Assembly: GCF_033153115.1 (NCBI RefSeq)
Contig: NW_026889751.1
Location: forward strand, 434,001 to 498,000
Direction of reading: 5' to 3'
DNA length: 64,000 nt
DNA from: Saccostrea echinata
Lineage: Eukaryota
The translations under genes were made by a program, and so were the position numbers. Shown one piece after another: positions 37,401 to 48,400 of this stretch. Positions within the stretch are counted from its first letter, which is position 1. Each line of letters opens with the position of its first letter. The notes under the pieces were generated by a model. It saw only the letters and a program-made list of their open reading frames with translations. It made no database searches and was not told the DNA's origin.

Positions 37401-40400
37401 TCAGAATATTATGGAAGGAAGACAATCTGTTGAGAGAACATAATTATGACTAATGAAATGTTATAGTGCTCATATAAACTGATGGTTTAAAAACACACAA
37501 TAATATCTCTGTATCTTATAAGAATCCACAATGTTTGTATGAATGTGATAATTAACTTGTTTTATGCACAAAGTAAACCACTGACCTATTTATGGTATCT
37601 CCGTGCCCTCCCTCCACTCTTGTGAAGAAATTAAACATTGGCCTGTAGAGGGCACTCTGGAATGCTGACAGTGAGCTGATTGGTTCAGTCTCAGTGGACA
37701 ATGTCTGAGCCTCACTTTTCTTACATCGCTCAGTTACCTCTAAGGCAACTGTCACACAGGGCAAATCCAACAACATATGGAAAACCTAGAACAGTAAAGA
37801 CTGAGAAAAGAGTCAGGGTGACAAACCTCAGTTACCTCTAAAGCAACTGTCACACAGGGCAAATCCAACAACATATGGAATACTTAGAAAAGTAAAAACA
37901 GTAGGGACTGAGAAAGAGAGTCAGGGCGACAAACCATGCATGTTTTACATGCATTTCGTCTTTGTAATGCATTAACCTGTGCAATAGATGTCACTTTTTC
38001 TCCTGGCATGATATATGATACTATTTTCATTTATTTCCATACTGGTATGGCATAGTTGCATTCATTTTATAATTTTATCATGACAGAGTAGCAATTGCAA
38101 TGTAAGATGTACATCCACACAGGTGAAATCTGTACAGTGAAATACTTCAATTCATGAAGAAATCAGAGGCTTAAATAGAAGCAAATGAAGAAGAATATGG
38201 TGGATGAGAATAAATCACTTCCTTTTAATAGACGTGTTCAGCTTTAACTATGGTTTTTTTTAAAAACAAAATTGACCCCCCCCCCCCCCAAACACAACCT
38301 CTGCAAAAAGAAGCATCCATTTATATTATACATGTATAATTATGCATAATAAGACCATGTCCATGGCATGGGACCAAAAGTAAGCAAATTTATACATTTT
38401 TCACACTAACATGCTTAAATTGACTCAATGTTTTTAAATTGCTTAACAAAATGTTGTGCTTAGTCCAACTTCTGTTAAATCCACACTTTCATGAAAGTGT
38501 TATACATTACTCACTTCAGTAGCGGTGGAGGGAGACATCAGTGCTGGCAGTATATCTTCAAAATCAGTCAAATAAGTCCGAGGATTCCAGGCTAGAATCT
38601 GCAAATTACAACAACATGCACCTAAATTATACCATATAGATCTGTTTATTTCAGGTTAAGCTGTTACTCTGGTTAATTTATATGTAATGTCTTTCACGCA
38701 GACCTTGAGGATGTTGGGAAAGTATGTAGACAGTATGGATGTGTTGTGACAGAGAGTTTCAAGGTTATCTTTAATAAAGGTGACTGTATCAAAACTGAAG
38801 GCTGGGTCTAAGTACCACTGAGTCAGCAACTTGTGGAAAAACAATGTATACGCCTCTTGTGGGTCATGCTCTACACTTTTACCTGCATGGGAAGGAAAAT
38901 GCCAAAAAAAAAAAAAAAAAAAATGTAGAAATTACACTAATATTGAATTATACTAATATTAAATGCAGAAAATATCAAGGGAGTGACACAAAAGTATTGG
39001 TTTGAAAGTACAGTATTCCAAGATGAGAATGATTCATAAGTAATAGAGTAAAGAAACAACATTTATTTATATGTATTTTTACATAATACCATGATTAAGG
39101 AAGAATTGTAGAACTGGAATGAGAAGTCTGGCTTTGTCTGGTTCTGCTGCTAGTCTGTTGTACAATCGACGCACCTCCTGGAAAACTCGTGCAACCCGAC
39201 CTGGTTCTATCTTACAAATGATGTCCAGGATATTTACTATCTCCAACAAACACTGGTAAGTAGACAAAGATGGAGACCTATACATGTAGCTAATGCTTCA
39301 GGAATGTTTGTAAAATGGGGCCTAAAATATTCAGAAGTATGGGAAAAAAATATACTTACACAGTTTTGGAGGTCTACGTCTGATGCAACTTTAGGTTCTG
39401 GAAAATACACCCAGATGAGCACCATTTTACAGAACTTCTTATTTAATAAATTTGTATAACGTAATAAAGAAAAAAAAGAAATATAAACACAAATCTTACT
39501 TCTTTCACACTGGTCCAGTATTCTAAAACAGTAATCGATGGATTTATCTACTAAAGAGTTGAACACATGGGCAGATTTATTAGATACTTCCTGGCTCTCC
39601 TCACTAGTAACATGGGAGTGGTACAACCATTTGTACAACATAGAGAAACTATAGATGTTCAAGAACTGGTCATTTGTGTAATACTGGCCTGCAAGAGGTG
39701 AAAATTTAATACAAATAATATCATTATATACACATACATTAAAACTCGGTTAGAAGGAAGTCACTTGGACCTTGAATTTTACTTCCTTATGAGTGATATT
39801 CTTCATATCAGTATGAAGAAAATAATGAAAAGTCTTATCATGGGATTCCTAAAATAATTCCTTATAATCAAGATTTCCTTATAAGCATGTTCTTTACATC
39901 TGAGTTTTACTGTAGTATTAAAATAAAGACATAAGTATTGAGAAAGGGATACACAGTGTAATCATTGACAAGTTAAACACATATCCAAAAGACTTAAAAG
40001 CCAGTCATCTTAAGTCAAGAAAAAGGTGAAGATAACATAATACAGTCAAAGTCATGAACAACATAAGTCAAGAACAGGGCAAAAATAAAAACCCTGGAAT
40101 CACCAGAGGTGGGATCAGGTGCCTAGGAGGATAAAGCATCCCCTGATGACCTGTCACACCAGCTGTGAGTCCTGTGTATTATATAAACAGTTAAAAAGGA
40201 TAATCTGTTGTCAGCATGAGTTTGACAACAATGGCCTAACAATTTGTATTATTAAACATGGAACTTTAAAAATCAGAATATAATTAAAACAAGTTAATGC
40301 TACTAATAAAAAACAATCAGAAATTTCATACCAACATTGAGCACAGTAAAGAAATTTCTGCTGGGAGTTCCATCTACTTCATTTACAACAGTGGCCTGGT

Positions 40401-43400
40401 CTTTCTTGAAAGGATTAATGGTGTAAGGATTTGGGAGTTGATACAGAGAGGCATTCATCAACCAATCACTCACTGTACTATTAACTTCTTTCAGGGTCTC
40501 TGAGTAAAAAAAAGAATAAACTGGCACAATGAAAAAAGATTATGCATCATGGTTGCTTGTGAGCTCAGCACTATACATGTACAGCTAATACTCTGCCAGA
40601 AGTTTATTGTGTAGGACCTGAAATGTGCCAGAAGTTTATTGTGTAGGACCTGAAGTGACACCAGGAAGGACAAGGTCTGTCTTTGTATGGATAACTTACC
40701 CTCTGACAGAAGTTTATTGTGTAGGACCTGAAGTGACACTAGGAAGGAGAAGGCCTGTCTTTGTATGGATAACTTACCCTCTGACAGAGGTTTATTGTGT
40801 AGGACCTGAAGTGACACTAGGAAGGAGAAGGCCTGTCTTTGTATGGATAGCTTACCCTCTGACAGAAGTTTATTGTGTAGGACCTGAAGTGACACCAGGA
40901 AGGACAAGGTCTGTCTTTGTATGGATAACTTACCCTCTGACAGAAGTTTATTGTGTAGGACCTGAAGTGACACTAGGAAGGAGAAGGCCTGTCATGGTAT
41001 GGATAACTTACCCTCTGACAGAAGTTTATTGTGTAGGACCTGAAGTGACACTAGGAAGGAGAAGGCCTGTCTTTGTATGGATAGCTTACCCTCTGACAGA
41101 AGTTTATTGTGTAGGACCTGAAGTGACACCAGGAAGGACAAGGTCTGTCTTTGTATGGATAACTTACCCTCTGACAGAAGTTTATTGTGTAGGACCTGAA
41201 GTGACACTAGGAAGGAGAAGGCCTGTCTTTGTATGGATAGCTTACCCTCTGACAGAAGTTTATTGTGTAGGACCTGAAGTGACACTAGGAAGGAGAAGGC
41301 CTGTCTTTGTATGGATAGCTTACCCTCTGACAGAAGTTTATTGTGTAGGACCTGAAGTGACACCAGGAAGGACAAGGTCTGTCTTTGTATGGATAACTTA
41401 CCCTCTGACAGAAGTTTATTGTGTAGGACCTGAAGTGACACCAGGAAGGAGAAGGCCTGTCTTTGTATGGATAACTTACCCTCTGACAGAAGTTTATTGT
41501 GTAGGACCTGTATTGACACTAGGAAGGAGAAGGTCTGTCTTTTAACATTAAAATCTTCCTTTTCTGAGGACATCCACCTTTAAAATATAAAAACTAAGTT
41601 TAACTTTATTCTAACGGGTGGCTCCATGTTACCAAAGGGCTTACATGAGCATTGCCTGTTGTCTAATTTGTTAACATAATATGCATGAAATACAAAATGA
41701 AAACATTTTTTATGTACATCTAATGTACAATTACACAAGTCTTGAGTATTAAAAATTAACAGAATAGAAACAAAAAATACCTTACAGCTTGTGGAATGAG
41801 GTTAGTTAAACAAAAATTCCTGTTTCCCTGAAATGAGATTTAAACTACTCCTTATTTTCACCATCTTGCATATCCTTGTATACTTACTTTTACTAGGGAC
41901 ACATTCAATTACATGACTGGTTCATAAATTGTAAAAAGCAATATTTTTGATACTCTGGCTTTTGTGTGTTCAACAAGAAGACCATGATTTAATGATATTT
42001 AATATCTTATCAAGCACATGCAACTGCATATAATGTTAGCGAGTAATAGAATTCAGATGTGAAAATGTACACATTTTATGACTTATTGACTTATGTACAT
42101 ATTATTCCTGACTTTGTGTTATTGATTTTGAAAATTGACTTATGTACATATCATTCCTGAATTTATATATAAAAAAAACAACAAAAAAACCCCAAAATTT
42201 AAAGTCCAGTACATTTACATTATTACATTATAATTACACTGTTATCTCACCTGTATTAGATAGAGAGAGAAGCAGTTAGCCGTGGCTTCGGATGATTGAT
42301 AGCCTGTGCTGGGATAGAAGTCGGACCCTAGATCACCCTCATCACGTGGCAAAAGCTCAGCCAAAATCTGCTCACAAAGGAGACATTCTTTTGTTTTGTC
42401 ATGATCCATAGAACTCACCATATTCACCAAAGTTGAAATCATGTTTCTTGGCAAACTAAAAATATTAAACTTATGAACTCAAGACAGACAACAATTAATA
42501 ACAGCATTGAAAAGAAAAGATAATGAAAATAATGATAATGTCATATTGAAATAAGATGGTTGACAGTCTTCTTCTTCCAATAAAGTTCATACCACCATCT
42601 GGATATTTGTTTAACTTAACATGATAAATATGACTTTTTCAACATATGATCAACTAAGCTTAACTCTGGGGCTGAACTCTGAACCCAAGAGACACAGATT
42701 TTACATCACAATATATAAAAATTATCTGTTGGATTCCTAGGAGTTAAGAAATGTAGATGCCGTACTAAGTAAGTTGTACAAGTTAGTTACCAGTTTTTTT
42801 GAGCATGCCTCATGTCTTTTTGACAATTAAAAAAAAATGCGGAACTCAAGTTGGAAAAAAAAAGATAATTAAGGCATACACATTACAGAACTTTCTTCTC
42901 TTTTTGCACAACTAAATTTCTTCAAAGTAACTGTACACTATTACATGTACTCTGTTGGATCACTCGAAATATTCAATAAATATCAATCATCTTTGGGCCT
43001 GGACCCTGCATGGTCAAAGCAGGAACATATATGCTAATGGAATAGGCAACTCCTTTAGCGCCATAGTTATTTGCCATATTTATTTGCCCAAAATGTAAAA
43101 CACAACACTACAAGTTTTTCAAACCATACTTATGTAAAGTAAACAGTTTTTTCTGATGTAATCTGTTCTTTTTGTTTATTGGAATGGAATTTTATTTAAT
43201 TTTAAAGTATGCATTGTAATACATGTATAATTTAAATCATTAAAGCATGAATTTCATTATTATAAATCATTATCATCATACAGATGAGTTTGCCTGTTAG
43301 ATGTCTAGACATAAAGATGATTTTTAAAGAAATAAAGCACTTTCAATATACAATCTACTTTGCAGCACACTTTGGTTTTGTTGCCTTTGTTTTTTTTCCG

Positions 43401-44540
43401 TCATTATCAAAATTCCTAAGGAACTAAGGTAAACTGTTTCTGAAATTGTCAGAACTCTGCCTAGAAATTTGGCTAGACTAATGTGCAGACTCAATTAATT
43501 TTTTTCTGCTCTTGTGTATTGGTTGTTATTGCTCACTAAATAATGTGAGGCATTAATTGTAAGAGCCAGTGCCACCCGACACTGTGATCTCTTAAAGCAA
43601 TGCATGGGTGAAGAGAAAATTTGGACTGTGCAAATTGATCCAAATGAATTTTTTTCCACAGTAGCCTGAAGACCCACAATGCAATGCAAATGCATCTCGC
43701 TGCTAACTACACTCCTGCGGTAACAACAAAAGTTCACAAAAAATTAACTCACTTTGATTTAATGGATATTGCATATGGATAGTGGATTAAACATTCTTTT
43801 TTTTAAAAAATTTGCACCTTTCAAACTTCGAAATATGGAAATGTAACTAACATACGACATCAAATGACATCACTGTCTAGATGTTCCAAATGTATTGTGC
43901 ATTTTAAAAAGGCAGATTTAATTATTACAAAAGTGAATAGGTATCCAATAATACACAACTGAGCTCGCCCCAACAGTCGCACCATCAACATATACTTCAC
44001 ATACCATGGCTCAGTGCTAGAGGACTGTAGAATGAAATAGAGTTGCCGCAGCTGGTTCATACATTCAGTAGATTTCTCTGGTGCATAAAGATTTTCCAGA
44101 ATACCATGACAAATTCTGTCAATTTCTTCTTGAGGTGTCTTACTATTAAAAAATGATAATAATATTAATAAACACTTATGCCCCTCCCCCTGATAATTCT
44201 ACAGATATTTAGAACAGGTGGTCTGACGTCATATACTATGAAAGAATAACCATTTATAAACTGAAAAACTTAAACGTTACACTTTATATCGTCAAAACTT
44301 GTGTAAGAAAATTCAACATTAGACTTTCCCTTTTCTCAAATTGAATGTAAATAGAGAAAATTCGGGCTATATATGAGGGAGCTAGATAAGAACTAAAAGA
44401 AGAGGAATCAATCCATATGACTTTGCATATGGTAAACAGGATGAACAATTAAGTAAAACAAAATATCAATAAAGCTTTGACGATTTAGAATATATGTACC
44501 TTGCTTGAGAAAAGAGACTGTCGATCATAGAAAGCGCCAT
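34454..44540 (-). CDS. AP5Z1: AP-5 complex subunit zeta-1, ~779 aa
   Basis: 18 exons (-): 44540-44500, 44142-44005, 42455-42251, 41827-41781, 41577-41480, 40499-40332, 39688-39500, 39397-39360, 39252-39090, 38882-38704, 38598-38515, 37785-37586, 37426-37340, 36163-36041, 35936-35804, 35579-35397, 35288-35137, 34565-34454 (2340 nt, phases consistent). Recognisable motifs: EVDGTPSRNFFTVLNVGQYYTNDQFLNIYSFSMLYKWL, YCFRILDQCERK, FPNILKILAWNP, LLDLPC, VWCVGE, KLASKCQDLIPR, RWHRDNTSLP. Confidence 0.93.
37729..37936. repeat. ~98-bp tandem duplication spanning the AP5Z1 exon-12 acceptor
   Basis: ctcagttacctctaa[g/a]gcaactgtcacacagggcaaatccaacaacatatggaa occurs at 37729 and 37827, each followed by gactgagaaa..agtcaggg.gacaaacc. 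Confidence 0.9.
39737..39912. mobile_element. Degenerate Tigger-like MITE
   Basis: ta-cattaaaactcggttag ... catctgagttttactg-ta, with the same size and architecture as 29297-29470. Confidence 0.55.
40022..40176 (-). mobile_element. Retroelement 3' fragment (RTE-X-like tail, tentative)
   Basis: ccagaggtgggatcaggtgcctaggagg..agcatcccctg...gtcacaccagctgtgag. A related piece lies in the opposite orientation at 50731-50780 (gggctcacagctggtgtgactgg). The family assignment is from recall only. Confidence 0.5.
40597..41543. repeat. 78-bp VNTR (~11.7 copies) amplifying the AP5Z1 exon-5/intron-5 junction
   Basis: Unit agaagtttattgtgtaggacctgaagtgacactaggaaggagaaggcctgtctttgtatggataacttaccctctgac. The 26-aa periodicity is visible in ORFs on both strands. 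Confidence 0.97.
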
Positions 44541-44875
44541 GTTGTAATTTTACCGATTTTTTTTTCAAAAATAGAAAATACGTAATTTTCTATTTCCCAA
44601 AAACAAATTCATGCTATTTAATTTTAACATTTAAAAAAGACCATTTTTAATTATATAAATAAATAATCAGATTTTGTTCCTGTATTACTTTGTTATAATA
44701 AATTTTATATGATCGTTTCGTTGATATTTGTTCTCTTTAAATTTAAAACTCGGAAGAAACAAGTGCGCATGGCTTGATTACTGTTACTCTTGACAACACC
44801 TGCAAGTACTCCATGCCAAGTTAGAGGGGATTTTTGTTTGTTTATTGAGACCTTGTGAAAATTACAATCGTAAGT
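44541..44875. promoter_or_regulatory. Bidirectional AP5Z1/DNAI2 promoter region with a probable non-coding first DNAI2 exon
   Basis: Divergent start codons at 44540 (-) and 45419 (+). X-box-like GTTACTCTTGACAAC at 44783-44797, forkhead-like TGTTTGTTTA at ~44835, NRF1-like TGCGCATG at ~44764. Donor gtaagt at 44870/44874 and acceptor cctatag at 45387. Confidence 0.55.
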
Positions 44876-45418
44876 AAGTGTGCGATGAAAATATTTCATT
44901 GACAGTATATGGAAAAATACTCAAATTTTAAGACACTGCAATAAATGTACAAGCTATAAATTTTATAGTATTTAGACTCTTAGAATTAATGTTTCTCAGT
45001 ATGCTTGATTGAAATTTGGGAGACTTCCAGTTCCTTGGAGACATTTATTTAATAAAATTTAGACTGATGCTCATCAAACACAATTAAGCTACATTTGTGA
45101 CACCTTGATACCCGCCATTGCCAATTAACGACTTGTAAAGTTTTGATGGTGTTTATTATAAATACATCTCATTTCTGAAACAACATTAAGCCAAGAATGT
45201 GAATTTGATTGAGAATATCAAGTTTATCCCAGTTCTTTCACAGTGTCATAAAATTCATGCACACATACCCAGAGAGAGTTCATAGCACAAGAAAGTGAAG
45301 GGACATGCCAATTTGTACATGTAAGAACAAATTATGTAATGAAATCACACATTTATTCACCAAGTTTTTATCAATTTAATCCTATAGAAAGTTGTGACAA
45401 GAACTAACAAAACTCAAG

Positions 45419-48400
45419 ATGGAGATTGTGTATGTGTACACAAAGAAGCGCCAAGAATTTGGTCGACAATGCAACTTCTCAGACAGACAAGCAGAGTTGC
45501 ATGTAGACATTACACCAGACCCATCTCTGGCAGAAAATTTTATTGAAAGAAATCCAGTTGATACAGGGATACAATGTGTCCAGGAAATGTCAGAACATGA
45601 GGTATGTATAGATACTATACTCTGATATGTACTTGAGATACAAACCTAATATGTGAAATTGACTGAAAAACCCTGTCAAATCCTATGAACCATCAAGGAA
45701 ATCAAATTTTTTAAATTAAAATGTGTTTTTTTACTCTTTGAAGATCAATACTGAAAGATTTGAAACAAGTTCAAGGGGAATAAATCACACAGAGGGAGGA
45801 TGGCCAAAAGATGTCAACCCACAGGAAGTGGAGCACGTCACAAGGTACAGGAAGAAGGTGGAGAAGGATGAAATGTACATTGCTGCCATCCAGCAATTAG
45901 GAACAGTAAGGAAACTTGTTTTGTTAATTATTAATTAAAAGATTCTTTATGTGTAATATTCAGTGCCTTCTCTATGAGGGATAATAGTCTCATACGCAAG
46001 TTTATTTCATGCAATTTAACAGATCATGGAACATACCATCAGACAAAACAATGCCATAGATATTTATCAAGAATACTTTGAGGACATTGAAGTTGACACA
46101 GTTGATGAGGCTCCTTCAGCAAAAACAATCAATGTATTTAGGTATGGATAGATATTATTCTAAAGATTGCTATAGAACAAACATGATTGTGGTCAGACAT
46201 GAAAATTTAATGCTTTTAGTTTCTTAATCAGAATGATATAGAATTTGTGGCTTACTTAAAAAAACTTTTTATTTAACTATTCTAACCTTTTTTTTAATTA
46301 AATGTATTCTGTAATTTTTTGCAGAGATCCAAATGAAATCAAGAGAACCTCCACACACATTTCCTGGTTCCCAGATGGTCCCAGGAAATTGGCAGTAGCT
46401 TACTGTAACCTGGAATTCCAGGGTTCCACTCCTGACACAAGCATGGATTCATACATCTGGGATGTGGGTGAGTGAATATATGTTTGATAAATCTCAAGAT
46501 GGGATTATACATTTACAAGAAAGTTTCTGAAGAATTCAAAATTGATCTGTATCAAAGTTTCATATCAAAAACATGTGTATATATTTTATCTTCATTTTTT
46601 ACAGAAAATCCAAACAAACCAGAGACAGTTTTAAAACCTGTGTCTCCTTTAGTGTGCTTGGAATACAACCCTAAAGACTCACACATTCTGCTGGGAGGCT
46701 GCTACAATGGTCAAATTGGTAAGTAATCAATACAGTATGACTTAATTAATAAGTAACTAAAAAAGAAAACAATTTAAATTGATATTTTCTAAAGACTAAA
46801 TAAGCGCTTTTTTTGAATAGCTTATTGGGACACAAGGAAGGGATCTCAGCCAGTGGAAATGTCCCCAATAGAACACAGTCACAGAGATCCAGCCTACAAG
46901 GCCATATGGATTCAATCCAAAACTGGAACCGAGTGTTTCTCTGCCTCCTCAGATGGACAGGTGCTATGGTGGGATATCAGAAAGATGGGAGAACCCACAG
47001 AAAAACTATACCTAGACCCAACCAAGAAACAAGACCCAACTAAAGCCCTTGGAGCAATGGCATTAGAATATGAACCAACTATGGTACTATGTTCTTAACA
47101 TTCTTCAAAGCTGGAGGAATTATGCGATGCAAAATTCATGTTCTAAATAACAAAACCATATAAAGGGAAATAAATTCTATACATGTATAAACACTCAAAA
47201 TTTAATGTGAATGATAGATAACTCTTATTATCCTCTATATTTCAGCCCACAAAATTTATGGTAGGATGTGAACAAGGCTCAATATTGTCATGTAACAGAA
47301 AGGCCAAGACACCAGCAGAAAAGATTGTAGCCCAGTATAATGGTCACTTAGGTCCTGTTTATTCACTTCAACGAAATCCATTCTTCCCCAAGAACTTCCT
47401 CAGTGTGGGTGACTGGAAGGCTAGGGTGAGAAGATGTTCACACATTTCTTGAAGAAACATTTACTGACATCACTAATCCCATTACTTCACTACTTTTATT
47501 TTTGAACTTCAGATTTGGTCAGAAGATATTAGGGAATCCTCTATCATGTGGTCAAGGTAAGACTTGTACATCTTTCAGTTGGAAACTCATCATTAAAACA
47601 GAAAGTTATGCTTTTAAAATAAAATTGTTGCAAGCAAGGTTTTACGCACAATAAAAGTGTCATCTTCTTTACACGTTGTTTAGACAGTACAAGTCATACC
47701 TGACAGACGGATGCTGGAGTCCCGTTAGACCCTCTGTGTTCCTTGTCACAAAAATGGATGGCACCCTTGATGTCTGGGATATTATCTTTAAACAAAATGA
47801 CCCAACTCTTAGTTTACAGGTATTTATCTTAAAGTTACATAATGAATCAAATGCATGTGTTTCATTTAAGTTATTTGTATCAGAAAGCAAAAGATTTATA
47901 TAAAAAAGATCAGTATGTGAGTTTTGAAAGACTCAACTGCTAAGTAAAGCAAAAAAGACTGCAAAATATAAGTGCTGGAAAAACAAAGGTTGTACCTACC
48001 AATTTTTGGTTATTGTCCATGTCAAGGTCACACAATTTTTATCTTTAGTGTAAAACTTGTAAATGAATTGGAGCATGCAAAGGTGAGGAATATGTTCTGG
48101 TAATCTTTTTTGAAGACTGTATTAAATTTTTTTTTTCTCCATAAAAGTAGATTTTTAAGGTTCTGAAACCTGTAATTTTCTGTTACCTAATACTTTCAAG
48201 AATTGAACAAAATTTGCATGCATCATGCAAAAATTCTATTTTTGTCAATTTTCCCCTTTTTGCATCACGGTGTCACTTTTACCAGAGACAATTCTTGTAT
48301 TTCATTGAAAAAAATATTTGCAAAAAAGTTTAGGAAAAATTAGGAATACCTGTAAATAAAAATGTATCAACTACCAAAGAAGAATCTAAAACTTAATTAT

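Noticed and set aside
40625-41545. 306-aa plus-strand ORF with 26-aa repeats
   Set aside because: It is the antisense reading of the 78-bp VNTR, has a GTG start, and its boundaries coincide with the array.
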